This document shows, piece after piece, positions 1 to 10,099 of a stretch of 64,000 bases of DNA. The notes under the pieces are model-generated. The model was not told where the DNA came from. It searched no databases and worked only from the letters and a program-made list of their open reading frames with translations. Numbering within the stretch: the first letter of the stretch is position 1; the number at the start of each line of letters is the position of its first letter. This stretch comes from an uncultured Desulfurococcales archaeon (GTDB taxonomy: Archaea > Thermoproteota > Thermoprotei_A > Sulfolobales > CAZFJX01): NCBI GenBank assembly GCA_964519505.1, contig CAZFJX010000003.1:66877-130876 (forward strand), written 5' to 3'. The translations under genes and the position numbers were made by a program.

Positions 1-729
1 TAGCTCGTAGGCCTTAACGTACTTGCCCCCATCATAAACGAAAACTTTTCCTGGGGTTACCGTTAGGACTATCGATGGTTTAATTGTATCTAGTCTCATG
101 GGTGTTACTACATTATTGTATGACTCAACTACTGTTAAGTCGTAATTAATGTATTTATCGAAGCACCCTCTTGTCGCCTCATCAATGAGCTTGCTATCAC
201 TAACTAAGTTAGTGAAGCCCGCCCTACTGATAAGTTTAACATTATATCTTAGCCTCACTTTCCTAACTAGCTCATCAATTAAGGTCTTCAATGAATCTAT
301 ACAGTACCGGAAGTTTTCACTAATTAAGTAATACGTACTCCTTAACCCTTTAGTACATGAGCTTATGCGCATCAATACAACTATGTCCGTAATGTTTGTA
401 AACGCATTCATGTAGTAAGTCACATTCCTATGATCCTTTAAGTCAGGGGGTGCTAGGAGCATGTCTATAGGGTTTATTAGCTCTAGAGGCAGTTCCTTAC
501 GCATCAGTATATAGTACTTATAGGCGTCATCACCAACAAGAACTCCGTGTTTAATGGAGTTTAAAAGAGATTTCATCTGAAACCATCCGTTATGGCCTGC
601 TATGGGTTTATATGCAGCTACTTTAAGCCCCCTACCTATTAACTCATGAATAAGGCTTAACCCTAAAGTAGTCTTACCTGAATCGAATTCGAGTAATCCA
701 TTAATTAATATAGTCTTTATGGAGGACAC
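1..729 (-). CDS. Predicted P-loop ATPase/GTPase (COG4028-like), 3' end runs off the window
   Basis: Not in the ORF track. Manual translation from GTG at 729: MSSIKTILINGLLEFDSGKTTLGLSL...AYKPIAGHNGWFQ...ELINPIDMLLAPPD, with Walker A DSGKT. Confidence 0.75.
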   Translation of the reverse strand, partial: MSSIKTILINGLLEFDSGKTTLGLSLIHELIGRGLKVAAYKPIAGHNGWFQMKSLLNSIKHGVLVGDDAYKYYILMRKELPLELINPIDMLLAPPDLKDHRNVTYYMNAFTNITDIVVLMRISSCTKGLRSTYYLISENFRYCIDSLKTLIDELVRKVRLRYNVKLISRAGFTNLVSDSKLIDEATRGCFDKYINYDLTVVESYNNVVTPMRLDTIKPSIVLTVTPGKVFVYDGGKYVKAYEL

Positions 730-734
730 CCGAG

Positions 735-1928
735 CTATATAGGCTTAGGCTCAGGCACCTCACTTAATTGCTTAAGTACGTATTCCCTAATTTCCTTGGC
801 CGTAGGTAATTTCCTTACTAATCTACCATCCTCAATATACTTAACAAGTAGGTCCTCAGCCCTAGAACCATTCCTACACACGGGCACTTCACTATCCCAC
901 GGTAGTACGTAGTCATTAAGTCCGGGTCTGCATCTAAACAACTTCTTAGCCCCCGGCAACTTACCTCTCTTACTTATTGGGTACCACCTACCGGATTTCC
1001 CATCGTACTTCTCAACAACATCCATACTTATGTCAACACTTGGTGGAAACGCTATGGAGGTACCAACACCAAATCCATCAACTAAGTCCCTTAACTCGAC
1101 GATTTCTTTCTCATTAATACCTCCACTAACAAATATCTTAACGTGCTTATACCCAGCCAGGTCAAGTGCCCATCTAACCTCTTGAACTATAGACTTCATA
1201 TTACCCCTCCTACTCCTTGGGGTATCTAGCCTGACACCTAACAGCTTACTTCCCAAGGCCTTAGCAGCCATTAATGACTCCATACGCTCATCATAGAAAG
1301 TATCTGTTAATGCTATCCTAGGTACATCATTAGGCATTACCTCATCAAAAGCCTTCCAGGCCTTAATAGGGTCCTCAAAAACTATGATGAGAGTGTGAGG
1401 CATGGTGCCCATAGGCTTAATACCTAGTAACTTAGCCCCTAAGACACCTGAAACTCCATCTAAACCGCCAATATATGTAGCCCTATCAAGCATAGGGCCT
1501 ATGGCTGGATGTGCGGCTCTTAATCCAAAGAATAACACTGTCTTGTTCCATGAGAGCTTCTTTATTCTTGCTGCCTTAGTACTGACACTCGTATAGTGCC
1601 TTAGAATTCCTAGCAAGGAGGTCTCAAGCTCAACGAATTCACCTATAGGTCCCTCAATAATCATTAAGGGCTCGTCAGGTTTGAACAATGTGCCTTCAGG
1701 TAATGCGTAAACATTAACTTCCTTGCCTTCAAATAGCTTAAGGGCCTCCTCTAAACCAGTAAAAACACCCCATTCGTAACCCTTAGGTAATGATGCATGA
1801 ACTTCGACCCTGACCTTGACCTTATCTAAGTCATATTTCTTTAGTATTTCCTTAGTCCTAATGAAGTATATGTCTGTTACCTCACCACTCAGTATTTCGT
1901 CCTCAGAGGCTATATACAGCTTCCTCAT
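735..1928 (-). CDS. pncB: Nicotinate phosphoribosyltransferase
   Basis: [34 protein letters not shown] motifs. Confidence 0.92.
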   Translation of the reverse strand: MRKLYIASEDEILSGEVTDIYFIRTKEILKKYDLDKVKVRVEVHASLPKGYEWGVFTGLEEALKLFEGKEVNVYALPEGTLFKPDEPLMIIEGPIGEFVELETSLLGILRHYTSVSTKAARIKKLSWNKTVLFFGLRAAHPAIGPMLDRATYIGGLDGVSGVLGAKLLGIKPMGTMPHTLIIVFEDPIKAWKAFDEVMPNDVPRIALTDTFYDERMESLMAAKALGSKLLGVRLDTPRSRRGNMKSIVQEVRWALDLAGYKHVKIFVSGGINEKEIVELRDLVDGFGVGTSIAFPPSVDISMDVVEKYDGKSGRWYPISKRGKLPGAKKLFRCRPGLNDYVLPWDSEVPVCRNGSRAEDLLVKYIEDGRLVRKLPTAKEIREYVLKQLSEVPEPKPI

Positions 1929-2003
1929 GTAAAACCCTAAGATAAGTATTAAGCAATTTAGCTTAAAATAATTAGTATTAGGGGGTAAGAAAGGTTTAAA
2001 TGA

Positions 2004-2225
2004 TTAAGTTTGAACAGCTTTCTTAGGCCTGATAGTTATTACTCCCCTCTCATCATCCCTCTCAACTATGAATTCAGTCCCCCACCTCTCAACAACGCTC
2101 CTTGGTAGGTATAGGTTTAATGGTAACGTATAGTACTCATATGTGTATTCCTTACCTCTAACGACCTTCCTACCTATTATTTTACGAGCAACTGCAGTTC
2201 TAACCCTGACCGTCACAAGCCTCAC
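2004..2225 (-). CDS. Small basic beta-rich protein, possibly AbrB-like DNA-binding
   Basis: 73 aa, K/R-rich, LNLYLPRSVVERWG...ITIRP resembles a swapped-hairpin pattern. Confidence 0.55.
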   Translation of the reverse strand: MRLVTVRVRTAVARKIIGRKVVRGKEYTYEYYTLPLNLYLPRSVVERWGTEFIVERDDERGVITIRPKKAVQT

Positions 2226-2345
2226 CTTTCACAGTATTTAGGGGCAAGGTTTTAAGCATTTCTCCCATATGGAACCGAGAGTAAGAGCAAGTAATTAGCC
2301 AACCACGTGCCTAATAAACCTTACCTACTTACCTTAGGGAAATAT

Positions 2346-3110
2346 TTAAGTAGATGATGTACTTACCTTAAGACCTACGTTATCAACCCTAGACTTAAAG
2401 ACCTCATATGTTAATACATCTTTAGTATGTTCATAAATGTTCTTTAGACTATCTATGACATTATCGACGAGCCCTTGTTCCGTAACCTGTAATACGAGGA
2501 AATACCTACCTAAGTGGATAGGTACTACTCCAGCAAAAGATCTAATTAAATTAACTAGCCCTCTAACATAATTACTTATTCCTATATAGTGACTTAAATA
2601 GTTAAAGAATTTTTCCTTAATGAGGTTAGCTAGAACCGCGTGGGGTCTTACAACTAATAGGTACTTGAGTAATAATTCGTTTAGGTCTTGATGCTTAACT
2701 AAGTATCCGTGGGTAAGCGGTTTTAGTTCGCAACCTAGGCTATGGAGCGCGACTACGTAATCACACGTCTCGTAACCTACGTTCGATGCTACAGTTATGA
2801 ATTTATTGTTATACTTAACCACGATTCCCACACCTCCATAAGTGAGTATAGGTATCACCATATCATTAAGAATAATAGAGTCAATGATCACCTCCCCTTT
2901 GCGGTAAATGCTCTCTTCACTTAATAATTTACCTAAACTAAACCATTTACTCACGAGCTTACTTTCATAATTTAAACTAACCCTACCATTACTTAACGTT
3001 ATTTCCATTCTAGGTCTTGATAACGCCATTATTGCATATAGTTCAAGGCATCCTAATTTATAAGGACATGTCAGCAGAGCATAGAACGGTATTTCAACTT
3101 TAACGACCAT
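2346..3110 (-). CDS. Hypothetical protein
   Basis: 254-aa ORF overlapping the upstream gene; no recognised motif. Confidence 0.55.
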   Translation of the reverse strand: MVVKVEIPFYALLTCPYKLGCLELYAIMALSRPRMEITLSNGRVSLNYESKLVSKWFSLGKLLSEESIYRKGEVIIDSIILNDMVIPILTYGGVGIVVKYNNKFITVASNVGYETCDYVVALHSLGCELKPLTHGYLVKHQDLNELLLKYLLVVRPHAVLANLIKEKFFNYLSHYIGISNYVRGLVNLIRSFAGVVPIHLGRYFLVLQVTEQGLVDNVIDSLKNIYEHTKDVLTYEVFKSRVDNVGLKVSTSST

Positions 3111-4626
3111 AGCATTCCCCTAACCTAAATAACTTACTATCCTGCACGTAATTCTTACCTAACTGTAAAGCTATCTCAGCCTTAGCTAACTCATAACCTA
3201 AGTAGAGCGCATGGTCTAAGGACTTAACATCCCCCCTACTAATTATTTCCCTACCTATACTTAACCCATCAGTACCCACATAGGCCCTCCTGGCAACTTC
3301 TTCATTATTTCTAAAGTTAAGTGCGTAGATGAGGTCATCAACCAATATCTTAAAGTAATTACTAGGCTCAAACTCTATTGGGCTCTTCTTAACCTTAACC
3401 TTAATAAGCTCCTTAAACCTAGGTCTTGATATTTTCATATCCCTCTTCTCCTTAACTATCAGTAGGTCAATACCTGTATTCAGTAGTGGTGATCTCCTCA
3501 ACACGGATCTATAGACCATGTTTATAGCCTTATGTAGCTCACATAGCGCTCCCTGGGATTTCCTCGACTCTTCAGTAACGAGAAGTAATGAGGTACCGCA
3601 TTCTAAGGCTAGGGCCGTGAGTAGCGCTATAACGCCGTGGGTATCGGCATCCATTAATTCGTAAACATTAGCCAATCCAAATAATATGGGTGTGTCTATT
3701 TTATTCATTAAGTCTTTCAGCATTAGTAAGGTATCTAAGAGACCGAAGAGAGGAGGGTGAGTTACGGGGTCTAGAACTAACTTAGTAAAGCCCTCATTTT
3801 TGAAGACTTGATAAGTATATGTGAGTTCCTTTAACCTATCCTTAGGATCCACTTTCTCTGGAATTAAGATTAACATTTTGTCCTTAAACTCAAGGATACG
3901 TGGTAAGTCATTTAGCTTGATGTTCATAGCTATATCAGCGCCGCATCTTAACGCCTCAATAACATCATCTATGTATGGTGAGTCAATACCCACAGGCTTA
4001 CCTAAACTCTTGGCTACGGACACAGCATCACCTAATCCAAACCTTAAGCTCTCATCAACACGAATACCTAGTACTAATACATCAAAATAATTTAGCCTCT
4101 TAATTAGATAATTCCTTAACTCATTAACGTCTTTAAATCTCCCAATATTTACCTCATACACAACCCTAAAGGGAGGTGGTCTAATAGGTACCTTAACACC
4201 GCTTACCTCTAAGTAACTACTTAACCTAGACTCAATAAACTCGGTAACCTTACCTAACTCACTCATTAACTGCTTCTCGATGATTTCGTCGGCAGGAATG
4301 GATGTTGAGAATTTAACCCCCTTCTCAATATACTTAATCACTAAGGGTATGTCACCACAGAACTTAGGTCCTTTAATTATGTTTACGTTAAATTCCTTAG
4401 CTAATGGTGTTAGGTCATGCCTAAGTAGTCCAGGGACCATTATTAAGTCATAGTCCTTAACCTCATTTACCCTACTGGTGAGTAAATTCTTTAAGTCCTT
4501 AAGAGTTATTAAGCTAGCGACCGGCTTATTAACCTTCCATACATGAACCTCATGGTCTTCAATACCATTAGCAATTTCTACAACGTCCTTATGGGCTAGT
4601 AACCCGGTTATTAGTAAGATCTTCAT
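3100..4626 (-). CDS. Dihydropteroate synthase-like (pterin-binding) protein with C-terminal DUF4346-like domain
   Basis: ILLITGLLA N-terminus, GLANVYELMDADTHG, HALYLGYELAKAEIALQLGKNYVQD. Confidence 0.85.
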   Translation of the reverse strand: MKILLITGLLAHKDVVEIANGIEDHEVHVWKVNKPVASLITLKDLKNLLTSRVNEVKDYDLIMVPGLLRHDLTPLAKEFNVNIIKGPKFCGDIPLVIKYIEKGVKFSTSIPADEIIEKQLMSELGKVTEFIESRLSSYLEVSGVKVPIRPPPFRVVYEVNIGRFKDVNELRNYLIKRLNYFDVLVLGIRVDESLRFGLGDAVSVAKSLGKPVGIDSPYIDDVIEALRCGADIAMNIKLNDLPRILEFKDKMLILIPEKVDPKDRLKELTYTYQVFKNEGFTKLVLDPVTHPPLFGLLDTLLMLKDLMNKIDTPILFGLANVYELMDADTHGVIALLTALALECGTSLLLVTEESRKSQGALCELHKAINMVYRSVLRRSPLLNTGIDLLIVKEKRDMKISRPRFKELIKVKVKKSPIEFEPSNYFKILVDDLIYALNFRNNEEVARRAYVGTDGLSIGREIISRGDVKSLDHALYLGYELAKAEIALQLGKNYVQDSKLFRLGECYGR

Positions 4627-4694
4627 GGCAAACTCTAAAGTTCTGTTTGTGTTAAAGTATTTTAAGTTATTGATAAATTATCTTTGGGGTTGGA

Positions 4695-4976
4695 ATGCCC
4701 GAAAGGGGGATAGACGTATTATCACTTGAAGGACTAGCATTAAATGGCTTTATTAAGGAAGTTAAATTAGTTAAATGCTCAGGTCCTACCGATAAGATCG
4801 TTAAGGGTCGTGTAATCGCTATTGATGTTAATGGGAGGAAGTATGCAACTAAATGTGTTGAGTACGGCCGTGCTAGTAGAGTCTTTCTTGTGTTAAGAAG
4901 GTATATAGAGTGGGGTAAGTATATGGTTAGTGAGAAGATGATGAGTGGTATTACATATGACCTCGAAGAGGAATGA
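4695..4976 (+). CDS. Hypothetical protein
   Basis: 93-aa ORF with GGGGT RBS, divergent from the DHPS-like gene. Confidence 0.55.
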   Translation: MPERGIDVLSLEGLALNGFIKEVKLVKCSGPTDKIVKGRVIAIDVNGRKYATKCVEYGRASRVFLVLRRYIEWGKYMVSEKMMSGITYDLEEE

Positions 4977-5121
4977 TTTGTACGCCAGACGCTGACCGTA
5001 ATAACACCATAAAGCCCTGCCAAATTTCTTAGTTCTCTCAATTACTTCGATCCAGCGCCGTGGAGGATAAAGCTTAAATACCCCCCGAACACCTATACTA
5101 CGGACATGATGGAGGAGAGTA

Positions 5122-5412
5122 ATGAGATTCTGTCCTAAATGTGGAGGGCTAATGATCCCCACAAGAAAGGGCGGAAAAACGTACCTTAGATGTACTAAGT
5201 GTGGTTTTGAAGAAAACATAAGTGAGTCCAAGGAATACGTTGTTACCAAGATGATAGATAAGAACGAGAGAGTAATAACTACATCAGTAATTAGTGAAGG
5301 GTCTAGAAGAGGTAGGAGTAAGGAAGAGTATGAGCAGGAGAAGGAAGAGTACTACGAGATATTCCTTGAGCTAATGGGGGCTGAAGAAGGAGGTGAAGGC
5401 GGGGAGGAGTAA
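5122..5412 (+). CDS. RpoM/TFS-family zinc-ribbon protein lacking the C-terminal cleavage domain
   Basis: MRFCPKCGGLM...CTKCG N-terminal Zn ribbon, GGAGG RBS, acidic tail. Confidence 0.8.
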   Translation: MRFCPKCGGLMIPTRKGGKTYLRCTKCGFEENISESKEYVVTKMIDKNERVITTSVISEGSRRGRSKEEYEQEKEEYYEIFLELMGAEEGGEGGEE

Positions 5413-5485
5413 GCACATACCTCTTTAAGAAAACCCGCTATCCTTTATAGCTTCACGTAACTTAGAATTCTATAGAGTTAGTTGT

Positions 5486-5587
5486 GCGGGGGTGCCCGAG
5501 CTAGGTCAAAGGGGGCGGGCTCAGGATCAGTAATGGGAACCCCGCTGGCGTAGGCCTGCGTGGGTTCAAATCCCACCCCCCGCACCA
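5486..5587 (+). tRNA. tRNA-Leu(CAG) with 14-nt intron (5526-5539) at 37/38; CCA encoded
   Basis: GCGGGGG/CCCCCGC acceptor stem, GCGGG-CT-CAG-G...CCCGC anticodon arm, long variable arm, GGTTCAAATCC T-loop. BHB motif: CTCA pairs TGGG with 3-nt bulges. Confidence 0.95.
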
Positions 5588-5683
5588 ACAATATAATAGC
5601 ATAACTTAATAAGGCATAATAGGGGCCTTAAGAGAATTAAGCATCTTAATAGAGATTTAAGGTTGTTGATTACTCAGTGTTAT

Positions 5684-7108
5684 TTAACCTAAGCAATCTC
5701 TTAATACAGTGCTTGAGTTTAGATTAAATTCCTTAAGTACTTCGCTAACTTTATCAATGAAGGACCTACTTATCTTACCTAACCTTACGTAATTGCAGAA
5801 TTCATCTACGTCAATTACCTTAACCTCATCACCCACCTTAACTATGTCTATACCTAAGTCATAGTAATTAATACAGCACTTACGCGCTAGTACTTCAGGT
5901 GGTGTGTTTATGTTAATGTAAATACCTTTACATTTTCCTTCCTTATCGTAGTACTCATGTACTAGGAAGTACTTGCCCCATATAACCTTAGTCACTATGA
6001 TATCCCCGGGTTCTTTAGGAACGCCTAAGCCATCGTAAATACCTTCCTTAACTACCGTCCTCTTAAGAGTTATCTCCCCCTTATTTAAATCAACATTAAT
6101 TAATTTTGCAGGACCTATCTCTATTTTAGTGTCATTAGGTTTTAGATGGAGTAGACGTATTAATTCACACCTACTTAACTTCTTTAAAATAACCTTCATT
6201 ACAGCATTCCTTAACTCATTAAGGTTAACATAGTTAGATACAGCATCTAATACATCGCACGTTTCTTGGTTAAATACGTCAGTAGACTTTAGGAGATGAT
6301 GGAGAGGTGTTGTTGGTAATACTTTCCTTCTTATATCATCGAGAACTTCCTTACTCGTAAACGTAAGCGTTACTAACGATATTAACTCACCCTCACTAAT
6401 AACCTCTAAAGGCTTAAACTCATTGATCTTAGACTTAAGCTCATCTATGTAGTTAACTAATTTACTTAATTCATTAAGTATCTCCATTAAGTCTGCCTTC
6501 CTAGCACTACTACGCCAATGGATGCTGTAACCCCTCCTAACGTACTGACCGCTTATTTCGAGTAGTTCCTTAAGCCTATTCCTATCTCTAATATGCTCAC
6601 TGAACGTCACCTTGTTACCTAGCCCGACTATTGCGTAGTAACCAACAACCTTAGGGCCTTTAGACACAATAGGTTTCTCACCTTCCCTTACGGGTGCCTT
6701 CACTACGTGAAAGAAGTCCTCACTACCTTCAACACATTCACTAGCACCTATTAACCTGCCATCACCAACAGGTGTCTCTACAACACACTCATTATTTATT
6801 AAGCCCTTAACCTTACCCTTAAAGACCGCGTAAAGACCTATAGGTGAGACCCTAATCACTAAATCAGGTACATTATTAGTTAATACCTCAAGAACCCTCC
6901 TAACGCTTTCCGGGAACCCAATTACCAATAGGGTAGATGGATCATCCTCCAAATTCTTAACAGTTACGTCGGCTGCCTCACTTACTTGCGTATAACCCAT
7001 ACTGAACCTACGTAGAATTACTTCAGTAGGGTTAGCTATCTTGAACCCGCTACTTAAGAAAAGCTCTGTAAGTGCTGTTGCATAAATACCTCTAACACGT
7101 ACCGACAT
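5684..7108 (-). CDS. fau-1: Ribonuclease FAU-1 / AU-binding protein (RNase E/G-like plus DUF402)
   Basis: VRVRGIYATALT N-terminus, IHWRSSA, YDGLG, YININTPPE. Confidence 0.88.
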   Translation of the reverse strand: MSVRVRGIYATALTELFLSSGFKIANPTEVILRRFSMGYTQVSEAADVTVKNLEDDPSTLLVIGFPESVRRVLEVLTNNVPDLVIRVSPIGLYAVFKGKVKGLINNECVVETPVGDGRLIGASECVEGSEDFFHVVKAPVREGEKPIVSKGPKVVGYYAIVGLGNKVTFSEHIRDRNRLKELLEISGQYVRRGYSIHWRSSARKADLMEILNELSKLVNYIDELKSKINEFKPLEVISEGELISLVTLTFTSKEVLDDIRRKVLPTTPLHHLLKSTDVFNQETCDVLDAVSNYVNLNELRNAVMKVILKKLSRCELIRLLHLKPNDTKIEIGPAKLINVDLNKGEITLKRTVVKEGIYDGLGVPKEPGDIIVTKVIWGKYFLVHEYYDKEGKCKGIYININTPPEVLARKCCINYYDLGIDIVKVGDEVKVIDVDEFCNYVRLGKISRSFIDKVSEVLKEFNLNSSTVLRDCLG

Positions 7109-7128
7109 TAATTACCATGCACCCTCAT

Positions 7129-7431
7129 TCAGTCCTTTACCGTCTCTAAAAGAGTTACTACGTTCCATATAGCTATCCTCGTATGTGCAGGCATGTTGGG
7201 GTCTTGGCTGATCTCGTCAAGTATGCTTATTGCGTTAGCAGCCCTAACGCCTGGGCTTAGTGTTGGGTCTTGAAGCATCTTTATAGCTTCAGTAGCTGCC
7301 CTCCTAATGTTCCTAGGAACACCTGTATCGTTGATAATCCTAAATAGCATTATCAATGCCTGCTTTATCTTAGCCTCATTACTGTATGCATACGGTGTCG
7401 TTGTAGCTGGGCGCTTTGACTCTGATGACAC
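7129..7431 (-). CDS. UPF0147 family protein
   Basis: [14 protein letters not shown]...[15 protein letters not shown]. Confidence 0.9.
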   Translation of the reverse strand: MSSESKRPATTTPYAYSNEAKIKQALIMLFRIINDTGVPRNIRRAATEAIKMLQDPTLSPGVRAANAISILDEISQDPNMPAHTRIAIWNVVTLLETVKD

Positions 7432-7537
7432 TTAAATCACCTCTAACGTATACTTAATATTAGACGGTAAAAATACTTTATTCCGGTGGTGATGCAGTAT
7501 AAGTAAGGGTAAGGAGGGTAAAGACGTAGTTAAGGCG

Positions 7538-7882
7538 ATGGCTGACCTACTTAGGGCTGGAGCTAGAATGCTTAGTGAGACGTGCCCTGTATGTAATTCC
7601 CCGCTTTTTAGGTTACGCTCAGGTGAGGTTGTATGCCCGATACATGGCAGGGTACTCATAGTGAAGAGCGAGAGCGAGGTTGTTACAGCATCAACTTCAG
7701 CAGTCCTTGATAGTTTAGAGACAGCTATTGTTAGGATATTGAGTGGTAAGGTTAAGGAACTCGCAGGGAGTAAGGAGGTAGGTTATGAGGAAGCTAGGGA
7801 TATAGTTATGTGGCTTGAAGCTCTAGAGAGAATAAGGAGGGTTAAGGCGTTAATCACGCATAGTGAGAGAAGAAGGTCTTAA
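7538..7882 (+). CDS. UPF0148 / autoantigen p27-like Zn-finger protein
   Basis: MADLLRAGARMLSETCPVCNSPLF...CPIHG. Confidence 0.88.
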   Translation: MADLLRAGARMLSETCPVCNSPLFRLRSGEVVCPIHGRVLIVKSESEVVTASTSAVLDSLETAIVRILSGKVKELAGSKEVGYEEARDIVMWLEALERIRRVKALITHSERRRS

Positions 7883-8478
7883 TTACTCTCTAACTCACTT
7901 AACTTCTTGACTATTATGTTGAAGCACTCATCAACAACTTCATTAAGAGATCTATTAGCATCAACAACTATGAAGCCCTCGCTCTCAATCATTGATTCAT
8001 ATATCTCCTTAACCTTAATCAGTAACTCGGTCTTCTCAAAATAACCCCATTTACTACCCTTCCCCTTTAACCTATTGAGGGCAATGTCTAAAGCTACGTC
8101 TAGATATATGATTAAGTCGGGCTTAACAACATACTTATTTAGCTCTTTAACCCATGAAGGGTCAGCACCTCTGGCTCCCTGGTAAGCTATTGATGAATAG
8201 AAATACCTATCTAGAAGTACTACGTAACCCTCCTTAAGTTTAGGTACGATGTCATTAGTGACGTGATAGTACCTATCAGCAGCTAAGAGTAATGCCTCGA
8301 TCAACGGACTTACCTTACCCTTAAATGACTGTAGGAGCTTAGAGAATGGGGACTCCCAGGGCTCATAAGTGTAATGCGCCTTATAGCCTAACTCACTTAA
8401 CTTCTCTAACAGCTTCTTAGCAACAGTTGTTTTACCTGAGCCATCTATACCTTCAAAAACTATTAAGTAGCCCATCAT
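7879..8478 (-). CDS. tmk: Thymidylate kinase
   Basis: FEGIDGSGKTT, LDRYFYSSIAYQG. Confidence 0.95.
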   Translation of the reverse strand: MMGYLIVFEGIDGSGKTTVAKKLLEKLSELGYKAHYTYEPWESPFSKLLQSFKGKVSPLIEALLLAADRYYHVTNDIVPKLKEGYVVLLDRYFYSSIAYQGARGADPSWVKELNKYVVKPDLIIYLDVALDIALNRLKGKGSKWGYFEKTELLIKVKEIYESMIESEGFIVVDANRSLNEVVDECFNIIVKKLSELESN

Positions 8479-8858
8479 TCAAACACCTCACATATATTAT
8501 CCTTAATCCTTACCCTCTCAATCATTCTTTCCTTCTTAAAAAACTCTATAGGTAAGCCATCAAATAGAGGTATGTCAGCTAATATACATCCAGTAATGGT
8601 AACTGCATCAGCCCTACTCATAACTATTGCTTTAGGTGGGTTACTATACTTTTTCAACCCATAAATCACATACGAACCTACAGTACTTCCTTTACCGTAA
8701 GGTATGAATAGTATTAAATCCTTCACGAAGTATTTACCTAGCAACACACCATTCTTAGGATCTAAATCACCTAAGAGAGATACTGCTTGGTTAATTACTA
8801 AACCTTTACCTTCGACATCACCTTCTACTATGGTTCTAACCCTATACTTAATTACCAT
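8475..8858 (-). CDS. Phosphomevalonate dehydratase small subunit (aconitase X swivel, DUF126)
   Basis: SLLGDLDP, GKGSTVGSYVIY; adjacent to the large subunit. Confidence 0.85.
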   Translation of the reverse strand: MVIKYRVRTIVEGDVEGKGLVINQAVSLLGDLDPKNGVLLGKYFVKDLILFIPYGKGSTVGSYVIYGLKKYSNPPKAIVMSRADAVTITGCILADIPLFDGLPIEFFKKERMIERVRIKDNICEVFE

Positions 8859-10074
8859 GGGTAACTAACCTCTTAATAAACTCACTAAAACGTATTAAAC
8901 AAACCTCCTTCACATGAGCTAATCTACTTAAGTAATAAAGCGCCTTAGCTGAATTAGTCGCTACTCTCTTCACGCCCAGCATAGCTAATGGGGAAACGAC
9001 CGGACATACATTCGTAATTACCTTAACACCCCTACGTCTAAATTCCTCGATGTAACCATTACTCTCTAATTCATTTCTTACGATGTCTGAGGTTATTAAC
9101 CAAACATCAACGTTCTTCGGCAATTCACTATTACTTAAGTACTTAAGGAACTTCATTAAGTCATCATAACTAAGGTGAGGACACCCAGCAATATAGAGAT
9201 CAGGGGCTTCGGTACATTCGTGTTCCTTAATAAACTTCTTAATATCGTTTAGCTCTATATTCACACGTTCTAGTTTATGTAGGTATTGATCATTATATAA
9301 CCTAGCTTCAGGTGATATGCCCTCAATAATTACTAAACCAAGGTTTGAGGAAGTACCTACACCAGCTAAGAACTCCCTAAGCGATAACTCACTTATGTTT
9401 CGTGGCACACCCTTCACGTAGGGTATGTCAGTGCCTGATACCTCACCTATTAAGTACCCGAGAACACCGTAAGATACCTCATCATTAATGTCAGTACCTT
9501 TCAGTTCCTTATCTACAATTATTAACTTCCTAGGCTTCCTTAACTCATCCTTATGTAGTCCCCCGAAGTATGTCCTACCAACAAGTGATGCCAATAACGT
9601 TAATGGGCCTCCTTCCCTATTTGTGCGTGCACCACATACTGAATTAGCGTAGAGTACCGCATTAGACTCAGCCCAAGCTAGGTGTTCACCCTTTCTAGGT
9701 CTCCTAACGTAGTATGGTGCGCATGTAAATGCCTTAGCTCCTATCTTGATTAAAGCCTTAATCACCCTCTCTTGCTTCGTTATGAACTCCTTAGGTAGGT
9801 GGTGTCCCTTAAACTTTATATCCATTACAGCGTAAGGGTTAGCTGTAGTGAATACCTTAGCTCTCAACCCCTCATTAGCTACCTCCTCAATAAACTCTAA
9901 GCCTGCATCACCTATGTTGAGGTAGGAAACACCAGAGATATGTGCATGTGATATAGGTACCAGCCTATTAGCGCCTAAAACCTCACCAACCTTAACTATA
10001 ACCCTTAATGCCTTACTAAGAAACTCGCCCTCCTCGCCGCTTAATATCCTCTCCTCCTCTTTAGTAAGGTACAT
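8848..10074 (-). CDS. Phosphomevalonate dehydratase large subunit (aconitase X, DUF521)
   Basis: HISGVSYLNIGDAG, TCAPY, AWAESNAV, GCPH, ATNSAKA. Confidence 0.88.
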   Translation of the reverse strand: MYLTKEEERILSGEEGEFLSKALRVIVKVGEVLGANRLVPISHAHISGVSYLNIGDAGLEFIEEVANEGLRAKVFTTANPYAVMDIKFKGHHLPKEFITKQERVIKALIKIGAKAFTCAPYYVRRPRKGEHLAWAESNAVLYANSVCGARTNREGGPLTLLASLVGRTYFGGLHKDELRKPRKLIIVDKELKGTDINDEVSYGVLGYLIGEVSGTDIPYVKGVPRNISELSLREFLAGVGTSSNLGLVIIEGISPEARLYNDQYLHKLERVNIELNDIKKFIKEHECTEAPDLYIAGCPHLSYDDLMKFLKYLSNSELPKNVDVWLITSDIVRNELESNGYIEEFRRRGVKVITNVCPVVSPLAMLGVKRVATNSAKALYYLSRLAHVKEVCLIRFSEFIKRLVTHGN

Positions 10075-10099
10075 AGGGTTAAGACCCTCGCTTTAGGGT

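Noticed and set aside
4970-5022. Possible degenerate C/D sRNA (ATGATTT-12nt-CTGA..GTAATAA-12nt-CTGC)
   Set aside because: Spacing fits, but the C, C' and D boxes all deviate from consensus.
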